Source: Octopus bimaculoides (taxonomy: Eukaryota). From it: a DNA stretch of 35,944 bases. How positions within the stretch are numbered: the stretch's first letter is position 1; each line of letters opens with the position of its first letter. The stretch is from positions 94,084,937 to 94,120,880 of the forward strand of contig NC_068982.1 in NCBI RefSeq assembly GCF_001194135.2, written 5' to 3'. The translations under genes and the position numbers were made by a program. Positions 23,535 through 34,897 of the stretch are shown in pieces. A model generated the notes under the pieces. The model saw only the letters and a program-made list of their open reading frames with translations, had not been told where the DNA came from and did no database searches.

Positions 23535-23700
23535 CAGGTGTCTGATGATAGCACTTCGGGTTAGAGTAGATCTAGGAACAATAATGGTTGAGAGGTGGTT
23601 CCACACTTCTGAAAAATCTGAAGCTTCCGAAGCAAGGCCCCACTACCTAGTGCAGTTTAAAGTCATATGTAGGTCAAGATGCATGGGCAAAGGGATTTTA
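23535..23700 (+). repeat. Degenerate interspersed repeat (possible RTE-associated 3' sequence)
   Basis: GGGTTAGAGTAGATCTAGGAACAATAATGG...TTCCACAC...GCAGTTTAAAGTCATA resembles a recalled repeat consensus. Confidence 0.35.
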
Positions 23701-23763
23701 AATACGATGCCTGAAAAGCAAAGATGGAGTGGTCAAGTAGTTCGTCTGCACTAAACTTGACAT

Positions 23764-24684
23764 TACGAGTTCTGATCAATAAGTATCCGGATTGTTGCCA
23801 TAGTAATGAAGCTAAAGCACGCAGAGCAAAGCCACTTGGCAAAGATTGAGCTGAATGCTGATGTGCATATGCACTAAGTTTTAACGTTCTAGCTCACTTC
23901 TGCTGTTTACAGCAGTGCTTGGTTGCGGATCTCCCAGAACGTTCGTCAATATCGACATTTTTCGGCTAAAGGAAGATATGTAGCGTGTGATCGTCTCATT
24001 GACCATAACAGAGGAAGTTGTCATGGCGATGCCTTCTCAAAGGCCTACGCAGAGTTGCCGAAAGTGTATGGAGAGGAGTGTATGAGCTGCGCACACGTGT
24101 ATCTGTGGTTCAGACGTTTCCAAGAAAAAAATGTCGATATTGACGAACGTTCTGGGAGACCCGCAACCAGCAGAGCTGAGAAAAACATCGCAGATGTGCG
24201 TGCAGCCGTGGGGGAAAATCGTCGAATCACTATCCGTGAGTTATTAGAGAATGTGCAGATTAGTTACAGTTCAGTTCAGTCCATTATCACTGAAGATTTG
24301 GGTATGAGATGCATGTCTGCCAAATGTGTGTCAAAATTGCAAATGACACTCGGGCTTCAGTTGCACAAGATTTCCTTCATTGTTTTCAGAAAGATGAAAC
24401 CTTTTTGAAAACTTTGCGTAGGCCTCTGAACAGGTATCATCAAACTTTTGGCTAAATTTGATGCAGATTATCCGCTCAACTTTGTAATGGTCAATGCAAC
24501 GATCACAGGCTACATACCTTCCTTCCAAACACTGCTGTAAACAGCGCAAGTGATCTAGAATCCTAAAACTTAGTGCGCATGCACAACAAAGTTCAAGGTC
24601 AATCTGTGCTAAGCGGCTTTACTCTGCGTGCTTTAGCTCCGTTACTATGGCAACAGTCCGGATACGTGTTGATCAGACCACCTA
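23764..24684 (+). mobile_element. Mariner derivative made of two inverted 5' ends flanking the N-terminal transposase
   Basis: TA-flanked termini (C)TGATCAA.A.GTATCCGGA.TGTTGCCATAGTAA on both sides. Internal peptide AYAELPKVYGEECMSCAHVYLWFRRF...DERSGRP...NRRITIREL...LGMR..SAK. The right arm 24405-24684 is the reverse complement of 23764-24065, including coding sequence. Confidence 0.9.
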
Positions 24685-25149
24685 TAGTTAATGTTAGTAT
24701 TAATTAGACCTCTTGTTTATCATTACCGAATTGAAATGATCTAAGTGATTATCAGGATTATTTCATATTGACATTTACTAATTTCTTTATCAGGAAGTAT
24801 CCTATTTTCAACAAGAATAAATGACCAGGGGGAAAAGTTCAGCTAATTACAGCAAAATATATCAGTAATAAAGAGATTAAACGATATGAAGTTTTGAATT
24901 GGCAACTATAACATCCCTAGTGTATGGAAAAAAAAATAAAGAATTTATTAACGTGAATATCTCTATCTCTCAACTTAGTTAAACAAAGGTTTAATTATAT
25001 GGGAAAAATGTAACAGAATCTCATATATCTTGCATATAGGAGAAATCAGTTATTTTTTCTTCACAAGTGCATCAGAACACATGCATACATAAAATTCGTA
25101 ATCCACTCTAACAGATAAAGTATGGCTTATAAGTAACGTTTACTTCTAA

Positions 25150-25344
25150 AAGTGGCACAGAACTAGAAACTTACAGGGAGGTGTCAGTTGATTAAACAAA
25201 CACTAGTACTTGACTGGTACTTTATTTCATCGACCACTGAAGTATGAAAGGCAAAGTTGACCTCAGAAGGATCGGAACTCAGGATCGCAACAAATACCGT
25301 AAGGCACTTTGTACAACACTAACGATTCTACCAGTACGTCGCTC
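25150..25344 (-). mobile_element. SINE family A
   Basis: Reverse complement: CTGGTAGAATCGTTAG...GAGGTCAACTTTGCCTTTCAT...AAAGTACCAGTCAAGTACT. Confidence 0.78.
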
Positions 25345-25415
25345 TTGGTTTAAAGCTAATAAATCCTTTGAGCAAAATATTCGCGGACAATATTAATTTT
25401 TGTAACAACTTTGTC

Positions 25416-25657
25416 ATTATTATTATTATTACTATTATTATTCAAGTCACCGCCTGGAATCGAACTCGGAATCTTGGGGTTAGTAGCCCGTGCTCTGAAC
25501 CACTACACCATCTGCCCGTGGGCAATTATGGAATGAAATTTAGGGCTTATAAATCTAATATTTTCTTATCCTTCCTTAATACCGGTTCCTATATGCTATT
25601 CATATCTTCACTCGGTCTGCTTAGGAGGGGAGGTGGCTCCATTTCTCCATACATGAT
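25416..25657 (-). mobile_element. Inverted, internally deleted 3' arm of the second PLE insertion (tRNA-like head at 25445-25517)
   Basis: Colinear with 20125-20440 apart from a deletion; stops at (TTA)n before the hammerhead. Confidence 0.88.
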
Positions 25658-26728
25658 ATATATCAGTGTCTATATTCTATACTGATATATCGGTCAAATG
25701 TAAATAATGTAAAAAACTACCTATTTCAGTATGGACACTGATATATATCGAGAAGAGGTGGGTCTAGCTATGGGTTCGCCATTATCACCGATAACAGCCA
25801 ATATATACATGGAATACTTTGAGAATTTGGCTTTAGGATCAATACCACTAAAACCAACACTATGTGAACTCAATAAAGCCCTCCATACAGTTCACAATGG
25901 AAAAGGAAAAAGACAGTCAGCTAGCATTCCTGGACGTATTAATAACACTCACCAAGTATGGTTTCAGGACATCAGTATACCGCAAGCCGACCTTCACTGG
26001 ATGATATCTTAACTTCAATTTCCCACCATCCATACAGTGTAAAGAGAGGGATTGTTCATTGTCTAAAACATCGAGCAAAGAATATAAGTAGCGATCGTGA
26101 TACCCACCATGAAGAAATGATCAAGCTCAGTAACAATCTTAAGCAACAACTACCCTAAAAACATACTATCTACCCTAATTATGAAGACAAGAGAGGATGC
26201 AACCAATAAATTGTCTACAGTTTGTCTACCCTATATGAAAGGCCTCACCGAAAAGATTCAAAAGATATGCGGCCCATATTACAACAGGACAGTATTCAAG
26301 TGTAATACAACACTTCGCAAAATCTCCTTCGAGTAAAGCTACCAATAGAAGAGAATATGACCAAAAACTGCGTGTAATCCATAGCATGCAGCTGTGGTAG
26401 GTTTGCAAAGGCGAAACAATCTGCCCACTCAAAATAAGGGTAGAGGAATTTCGAAAAGCTGTGACACGAAGAGATATTGATAAATTAGGTATAACTCATC
26501 ATGTATGGAAAAATGGAGACCACCTCCCCCTGTGGAATGAAGTTAAAATAATAGACAGAGAATACCACTGGAAAATACGAAACTAAAAGAAACAACACAT
26601 AATCTAGGACACAACAACCTCCTAAGCAGACCGAGTGCAGATATGAATAGCATATGGGAACCGGTATTAAGGAAGGATAAGAAAATATTAGATTTATAAG
26701 CCCTAAAATTGTCTCCATAATTGCCCAC

Positions 26729-26801
26729 CGGCATATGGTGTAGTGGTTAAGAGCGCGGGCTATTAACCCCAAGACTCTGAGTTCGATCGTAGGCAGTAAC
26801 C
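26729..26801 (+). ncRNA. tRNA-derived Pol III head in the PLE terminal repeat
   Basis: GGCATATGGTGTAGTGGTTAAGAGCGCGGGCTATTAACCCCAAGACTCTGAGTTCGATCG. Confidence 0.75.
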
Positions 26802-26860
26802 TGAATAATAACATCGAAAAATACTTTAGGAATGAGAACCTATGTTCGAAATTTCCCCAA

Positions 26861-26899
26861 GACACCTGCTGGAGGGTTTATCAGCCAAAACGTTGTGTT
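26861..26899 (+). ncRNA. Hammerhead ribozyme relic, copy C (7-nt deletion CTG[ATGAAGG]CTG; GAAA changed to AAAA)
   Basis: GACAC-CTGCTGGAGGGTTTATCAGCC-AAAA-CGTT-GTGTT aligned to copies A and B. Confidence 0.65.
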
Positions 26900-27628
26900 A
26901 ACAACAATCAAGATGAGGACAAATCATCGTCAAATGTACATTTGTGTCTGTTTTAAAATTCATTTGCTTTATATATTGTCTAGTATGTGGAAATTAATAA
27001 ATACATAAGCGTAATAAGATTTTATAATTCATTGAACAAAAGTTGCAAATTATAACACAAACTGAACATATGCCGTGAAGTTGAAAAAAAGAAGAAAGTA
27101 AAACTGATGTAGGAGATAACTAAGCAAATATTAATGTGAAAGATGATTTAGCGTGCTCTGAAGATTTAGTTTTGAAACTTATTTCTCAAGAGAATTAGAT
27201 TTAGATTTATAATGCACAAGCAAGTATTTTCTTCAAGTTCGCGAAAAATGGAAGCAACGAATTGTAAAATGAAATCATAAGTTCAGTTCCGAATGATTTT
27301 CTAAGCAATTTGGATTTTATTCTCTTTTATTCACAGTATTTGATTTCCTTCAAATTTTGTACACCGACGTAGTTTTGCATGCTAATTGCAAGACTCAAAA
27401 TAATTTTTACACAAATTAATAATAATAAAAAGTTACATTGGATTAAAGTTTTAAATTTATACTAATTTTATCCAGCTGGAAATTTTCATTATCGCCATAC
27501 TGGATGTCGAACTTGTCGTCTGTTTTCAAAGATGCAACACCTCACATCTGATGCTTGTTCAATCAAGTGTTTCAATCAGTGCGTGCCATGTGATTTTCAA
27601 AAGCAAACTATTATGAGTGTGTAGAAAC

Positions 27629-28450
27629 ATGGAATCTCGAAACAGTATTGGAGAATTTAAAGATGGGAAGAACGTGGCTAGATCTTTTATTTTCAAGAGA
27701 AAGGAATAATTCCGTTGATGTATCGCAAGTGATGTGCTATAAGGATGACATTAGTTCACGGCAGCGTCTTCTGGCCCGGTAACAGGGCTTGATGTAACTA
27801 ATTCCTGTCTGTGAAAAAAAGGCACATGGTCTTAGAACTGTAGCTCTGTTCTTCTATTTCTGGTTCATGGAACTGGTTATAGTTCGATTTTATGGTGGGA
27901 AGTAGGGCATGATCCACGACACAACCGTTGATCATAATAGCTATTTACAGAGGCCCAGGTTCACAACTCGAAAGTGATGTGGTTCTGGACCAGTTTTTAA
28001 AATTGATGAAACAGTGTTCTAGAGATGAAGTATAAATTGAAAGAGGGTGGCTTTATGGTAGTGTGGGTCGCGAAACATACTGGTTGCTTCTATATGCTAT
28101 GCTATGTTGTAAGCGCTTCACAATGGAGAAGTGTACCAAGTCATTTCTGTCGGAAACCACTATATACAATGACATGTGGTGAACATACACGCTCACACCA
28201 CGCATATGATGGTTTCAATTTCAGTATGGAACAGTGAACCACATTAGTGAATTTGTCAAGTTACAGGACGGGACCCACACGCAATTAGTAGAAAGCACTT
28301 AGTCTGCTTCAAACTAAAAAATAAACGACGCAGTGGCACTCATCGTTCTATAATTGACTTATATCTCGTAGAGTTCATGTGGCAGTGCACATTAAAAGAA
28401 GCGCAAGTCTTCCACAAACTGTTTGAGTGCATCGTACAATTTCATTCCTG
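27629..28450 (+). mobile_element. Merlin (IS1595/ISXO2-like) transposase remnant
   Basis: FQEKGIIP, GPVFKIDET, ETTIYNDMW, TVNHISEFV...GTHTQLVEST, KRRSGTHRSIIDLYLVEFMW match the ISXO2 motifs VEIDE, GTTIxSDxW, TVNHS, HTQxIESxW and YLxEFMWR. Confidence 0.88.
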
Positions 28451-28652
28451 ATTTGTTTCATTTCGAGACTTTTCATCACATTTTCTATATTTAAGTCTTT
28501 TGTAACGTTTTTATTTCTTTTATTATCTTTTTTTCGTCTCTAAAGGGGTTTAGTAATCTAACTCTCTTTCATTGGATATTTTAGTTTTTTTTATTCATTA
28601 AAAAAGAATAAATTTCAGGATTTCGTAATGTTTCAATTATCTTATCGTCAAC

Positions 28653-29567
28653 NNNNNNNNNNNNNNNNNNNNNNNNNNNNNNNNNNNNNNNNNNNNNNNN
28701 NNNNNNNNNNNNNNNNNNNNNNNNNNNNNNNNNNNNNNNNNNNNNNNNNNNNNNNNNNNNNNNNNNNNNNNNNNNNNNNNNNNNNNNNNNNNNNNNNNNN
28801 NNNNNNNNNNNNNNNNNNNNNNNNNNNNNNNNNNNNNNNNNNNNNNNNNNNNNNNNNNNNNNNNNNNNNNNNNNNNNNNNNNNNNNNNNNNNNNNNNNNN
28901 NNNNNNNNNNNNNNNNNNNNNNNNNNNNNNNNNNNNNNNNNNNNNNNNNNNNNNNNNNNNNNNNNNNNNNNNNNNNNNNNNNNNNNNNNNNNNNNNNNNN
29001 NNNNNNNNNNNNNNNNNNNNNNNNNNNNNNNNNNNNNNNNNNNNNNNNNNNNNNNNNNNNNNNNNNNNNNNNNNNNNNNNNNNNNNNNNNNNNNNNNNNN
29101 NNNNNNNNNNNNNNNNNNNNNNNNNNNNNNNNNNNNNNNNNNNNNNNNNNNNNNNNNNNNNNNNNNNNNNNNNNNNNNNNNNNNNNNNNNNNNNNNNNNN
29201 NNNNNNNNNNNNNNNNNNNNNNNNNNNNNNNNNNNNNNNNNNNNNNNNNNNNNNNNNNNNNNNNNNNNNNNNNNNNNNNNNNNNNNNNNNNNNNNNNNNN
29301 NNNNNNNNNNNNNNNNNNNNNNNNNNNNNNNNNNNNNNNNNNNNNNNNNNNNNNNNNNNNNNNNNNNNNNNNNNNNNNNNNNNNNNNNNNNNNNNNNNNN
29401 NNNNNNNNNNNNNNNNNNNNNNNNNNNNNNNNNNNNNNNNNNNNNNNNNNNNNNNNNNNNNNNNNNNNNNNNNNNNNNNNNNNNNNNNNNNNNNNNNNNN
29501 NNNNNNNNNNNNNNNNNNNNNNNNNNNNNNNNNNNNNNNNNNNNNNNNNNNNNNNNNNNNNNNNNNN
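28653..29567. other. Assembly gap
   Basis: N run. Confidence 1.
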
Positions 29568-30577
29568 CGTTAGGGTTGCCGATAAAATACAGAGCGGTAT
29601 TTCTTCCAACACATATTTTGAGTTCAAATTGCTTTTCATCCTTTCGGGGTCAATAAAATAACATGTATCAGTTGAGCACAGGTGTTGATGTAATCGACTA
29701 ACTCCATCCTCCAACAAAATTTCAGAAAGGAAAGAAATGCTTAGCGGCATTCCAGCTCTTTTTGTCTTAATTTTAAATCCCTCCGAGGTCGATCGTGTCT
29801 TTAATTCTTTTGGAGTAGATAAATTAAAGTCATTTCTATCAACTAATCCCTACCATGTAACATGTCTGGCGTTGTTTCTAAATTAGAAACTGTTAAACTT
29901 TTTTAAAAGAACTATTTGTGATGTATTAACAAAATCGTTGCAGTGTCAGGCAAAATGCTTTGCTGCATTTGCTTCTGTTCTGTACGCTACGCGGTCAACT
30001 TTGCTTTCTTCCTTTTGAAAAAATAAAGTACTAGTCAAGGCGGCTAGCTACCAGAATGGTTAACGCACTGGAAAAAAATGCTTAGTGGCATTTCTTCCGA
30101 CTTAACGTTCTGAGTTCCGATGCTGCCATGGACAACTTTGCCTTTCATCCTTTCCGGATCGATAAAATAGGTACCAGTTGAGCCCTGAGGTCGATATAAT
30201 CGACTTAATCCCTCCCCAAAATTACTGGCCTTGTACCAAACTTTGAAACTAATATTACTTGTAAACTAAGAACAATGGACTAACAGAATCGTTAGAGAAT
30301 CAGTAAAAATAGCTTGCGATATTAGTTCTAGTACCAGCTGAACACTGGGGTCGACGTAATCGTTTTAAGCCCTCCTGAAAATTGCTGGTCTTGTACCAAA
30401 AACTGATATTCCAGTTTCTTATATTCTGAGTTTCAATCCCTCTGACTCCAGCTTTGCCTTTTAACACTCCGAAGTCGATAAAGCAAAACACCAGCCAAGT
30501 ACAGAGTCAATTTAATTAGTTAACAGCGAGCCCTCAAATTTCAGGTCTTGTGCCTTTATTAGAAACAATTATTATTT
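29568..30577 (+). mobile_element. Head-to-tail cluster of about six degenerate SINE family A copies
   Basis: Recurrent AAATGCTT, (G)GTC(A/G)ACTTTGC, TAATCGACT and GG(C/T)CTTGT(A/G)CC motifs at ~29568-29725, 29734-29830, 29933-30036, 30039-30255, 30284-30410 and 30420-30577. Confidence 0.8.
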
Positions 30578-31146
30578 GTATAGGTTTTAGAGTGCTGCAC
30601 TAAAAATATTATGAAGCACATTGATCCTGTGCTTGAAAAGTCGAAATCGTTGAGATAGAGCATTCAGCTCCGATGACTATGTATCAATGTGGTGTTGTTC
30701 GTAGTGGGTAAAGCAAATTTTAATAAATTCGGAGAGCATGATCAACTCATCTTTTAATTAAACTTTGTAAAATCATAGCATTCCTCATTGAGTTGATTCT
30801 CGTCTCATTAACTGTTATAGAAACGGCTACTGTTTCAACATACGTTTTGGCCCTATAGAATGGTCAAAATATTTATAAGTCAACTCCCAAGTTGTCTTAT
30901 TGCCTTAAAGGTTTTGCGCATGATTAGATAAAACGTAAGGCAAGTAGGAAGAATAAAGGTAAATAACTATACGCAGACATAACTGCTGACTGCCAAATTT
31001 GCTTTGTAATTCCATCTATCATGGTCCGATCTAGATGCTTCTAAACTTAACAAAATGTCTTCTGCAATGGCTGCAAGAGCCATATCTTGCGAACAGAAAT
31101 TGGTAGTGGTGAATTGGGTAGAATTGGATAGAAGCTCATCGTCTAG

Positions 31147-31191
31147 AAACACACACACACATACACACACACACATACATGCATACATACA

Positions 31192-31225
<34 letters not shown>

Positions 31226-31248
31226 CATACATACATACATACATATAT
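31147..31248. repeat. (CA)n/(TACA)n microsatellite
   Basis: Direct reading. Confidence 0.92.
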
Positions 31249-32705
31249 GCTAGTACGAACACGCTATATTTAAAATACCCATGTTTTACATTACTTTGAT
31301 ATCGTTGTATTCATATCTGTATAAGTATATATATATATATGTATATATATATGCACATACCTGTACGTATATATGCATATACTCATTTACTATTTGTTTT
31401 TATATGTATATATAGCTATTTTGAGTATGCAGATACTTTATAAAAGGGAAGTTAACATCAAAGCTTCGTCGGTTTAATATCGATATAAAAGTTCAAGAGT
31501 CTAGTAAAACTTAATAGTATTGGTGTTTATTGTTTAATTAGGCACCATTAAGTATATTACGGAGCTTAATGATTATTACACGTCGATATATAGATATATT
31601 TCAATATAATATATTATAATATACGGAGAAAATGGAGAGTTTGAACAGATGAAATTCAATCTATTTACATATTGTCAAAATTCTCTGTAACCTACAATTT
31701 GCCTCCATACTTAACTCAAATCAGTTACAAATTAATAAATTAAAAAGTAAAAATTACATCTTGAAATATTGTGTTAAATATTTCCTCTGGTTGTGAATTA
31801 GACATATATAAAAATCACACCATAAACGAAAGGCTGATGGTCGACAGACACGGCAAAATGCTTGTGTGTATGCGTGCATGTTAATATTGAAAAAAAAAAC
31901 CCTTATATATTTATTGCTTTTGTTTCTGTTTATGTGAGTGTGTGTGCGTGTGTGTGCGTGTGCGTGCGTTAAATTTATTTGTGCGTATGCGCTTCAATAA
32001 TTAAAAAAAAAACCGTTGCCTATGTATCATATTTTGTTTATATTTTGTGTGTATATACGTTAATATGTTTGATTACGTGATAGAATTGAAACTCATTGCA
32101 GTTAAAGTATTTGTATTCCACGTCACGAAAATATGTATTGCATACATTTCTATCATTAGACAAAATAATGAAAGTCAATATTCGGGATAATATATTATTA
32201 CTACTATTATAACAATTACTATTATACAATTATATCTAATAACTTCATTATTTTTTTTATTCCACATACAATTTTATTATAAATGTACTTTATAAAACAT
32301 ATTTATATCTATTAAAATATCCTGTTTATATTTCATCCAAGTTTATATTTAATATCATTTTTATTTATTCGTAGTTTTTAAATACACAAATGAGTCAATT
32401 GTTATTGTTATTATACATAAGGACACATATATATACCCACCCACACATCCATAAATATATACACATAGGTGTATATAAGCATTCCCGTACATACATGTTC
32501 CCTGGTATATAAGTATATCTATTTTCTTATTGCTATATAAATTAAGGGTAAAATTTCCTTTGACCCGCACTCATTTATTGCACTCGGTAAAAACACTAGT
32601 GTAATAATAATTGGGTATCCTTCCGGCAGTATATTGGATAGATATTATCCCTTAGTGGGTTGGATTCACAACCCCTAACTTTCTTGGATTATATATATAT
32701 ATATA

Positions 32706-33967
32706 TACAGAGTGCGTAAGGTATTTGAGGACATACATTTTTAGGGTCATTGCTGTATTTTTTGCTCACTCTGTATAATCTTTGTTTCAGAAAGTAATAA
32801 TGGCAGACCCTCAGCTTACTCAAGAAATGAAGAGGCATGATGTTATTGTGGTCATAAAGGCTGAGCATAGCGATTTAGAAGTATCTCGATTTTTAAAAGT
32901 TACCAGATCTTTCGTCTACAAAGTTTATAATGCGCTAGAGATTGAATATGGAAACGTATCACCAGTATCAAAGCATAAAAAGCATTCTAAACAGTCTGAA
33001 ATATCCAGAACACCTAAATTTATTCAGGAAGTTCAACAGACCATTGATTACAATCCCAGAAAGTCCAAGAGGTCAATTGCAAAAGATCTCCATGTATCAT
33101 AAGGAACAGCCAGAAATGTTGTCCATGAAGACATCAGATATAAGTCTTCTATGATGAGGAAAGGTCAATTTGTCAGAAAAGCAAAAGAAAATCACTACAT
33201 CAGATCTAAAAGGCTCTTAAACAAATTGAAAAGTCCAGCAGAAGAAGATTTGATTTGCTTTTTCTCAAACGAGAAAAACTTAGACCAAGATCAAAACGTT
33301 AACAGAAGAAATGACAGATGGTTATGTGCAGGCCCTTCTGGAGTTCCAAGTGTTATGTATACAAAATATCCTGCAACTTCCATGGTTTTAGGAGGTGTCA
33401 ACAATAAAGGACATATGATACCCCCTTACTTCTTTCCACAAGCACTTTGAGTTAACTCTGCCACCTACATTGAGGTCCTGGAAATAATTGTTCAGCCTTG
33501 GATAGACAGTGCATGCAATGGAAGGCACTATGTGTTTCTGTAAGACTCTGCACTATCACACATGGCTCTAGTAACACAGGAATGGATAGCTGAAAATTTT
33601 CATGATCACATGACCACTAACATTTGACCTCCTAATTCCCCAGATCTCAATCCATTGCACTATTACATGTGGAGCATTGTTGAGAGAGAGAGAGAGAGGT
33701 CAATGAACATGCTCATAACACCAAAGATTTTTTGACAGTTGCCATAATCAAAATGAACCAAGACCGCTTGATTCAAGCATAAAGATGATTTAGATCTCAT
33801 ATAGAAGTTGATGAAGCAGAAGATGGCTTCATTGAATAACATTATAGAAAAGAAGGTTTATTTTTACTCTCATAGCATTTTTTTGATAAATAATGCTATT
33901 ATCTGTTATTATATGTCTATTTTTGTATAAGCATAAATCTGTCTTCAAATATCTTACGCTCCCTGTA
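32706..33967 (+). mobile_element. Full-length defective Tc1/mariner element of the DD37D (maT) group
   Basis: TIRs TACAGAGTGCGTAAGGTATTTGAGGAC and (rc) TACAGGGAGCGTAAGATATTTGAAGAC with TA ends. Transposase FSNEK...*DSALSH...PPNSPDLNPLHY has exactly 37 residues between the second D and the third (mutated to H). Several stops. Confidence 0.93.
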
Positions 33968-34663
33968 CAAGAGGTCGTTAATTGGTTCTAGGAGACACAA
34001 TTTAAGTCGAATTAACTTGTCTCTAGGCGAGGCTAGGCCGATTTTACTTGTCTCTAGGCTAAACTGATAATAACCATTTCTAGTTCTGTACTTTATTTTT
34101 TACTGCATGGTTAATAAAAACCTATTTTAAGCTTACAAACAAATCATTTTCATTTTTTAATACAGTACATTAAAAAAAGTAATCTAAATTTACAAATACA
34201 ATTCGGCGGTGTTTACTGTACACCGCGGACGCTTTATTTATGAATGCAGTTTGCAATAAGACATGGTAAAATAAAATCCTTTTTTAATCTTAAAAAACAA
34301 ATTCATTAATTATTATCATTTCACAATAGTAAAAAGGAAAAACTAAATTATTTAAAATTTACCAATACGTACATACAATTTGGTCATTTCGTGATTTCAT
34401 GACTTCGTTCACTAAGTTACACTACTTTTTGGTATGTATCTTAATATTTACTGTACGCATTTTAATATGATTTTATATACTTTTATACTTATTTATTGTA
34501 CAGTAACATGATTTTAACGGTTTTCTAGTGATTTTACGATTCCTTTATTTGTGGCGGACAGACGTAAAGTCGAATAAAATGATTTAGCTTGATTTTTATT
34601 TTTCCATATATTATTTTTGAAAACCGACGTATAATCGAGAACAACTTAAGCCGAGGTATGCCC

Positions 34664-34877
34664 NNNNNNNNNNNNNNNNNNNNNNNNNNNNNNNNNNNNN
34701 NNNNNNNNNNNNNNNNNNNNNNNNNNNNNNNNNNNNNNNNNNNNNNNNNNNNNNNNNNNNNNNNNNNNNNNNNNNNNNNNNNNNNNNNNNNNNNNNNNNN
34801 NNNNNNNNNNNNNNNNNNNNNNNNNNNNNNNNNNNNNNNNNNNNNNNNNNNNNNNNNNNNNNNNNNNNNNNNNNNNN
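34664..34877. other. Assembly gap
   Basis: N run. Confidence 1.
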
Positions 34878-34897
34878 ATATATATATATATATATAA

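Larger units (their letters stand above)
25712..26940 (+). mobile_element. Second Penelope/Poseidon-type insertion (same family), 5'-truncated
   Basis: GLAMGSPLSPITANIYMEYFE, EKEKDSQLAFLD, SHHPYSVKRGI and GIY-YIG remnants; the YVDD segment is deleted; ends ...CAAATGTACA. Confidence 0.93.

Noticed and set aside
28581-29750. Long ORFs spanning N runs (also 8475-8955, 15698-16175, 18596-18877, 34589-35014)
   Set aside because: They are open only because N codons contain no stops.
31040-31146. Possible very degenerate SINE family B head (AATGTCTTCTGCAATGGC...GAAGCTCATCGTC); similar traces near 1490-1565, 6005-6045 and 16640-16700
   Set aside because: Similarity is too weak to call by eye.
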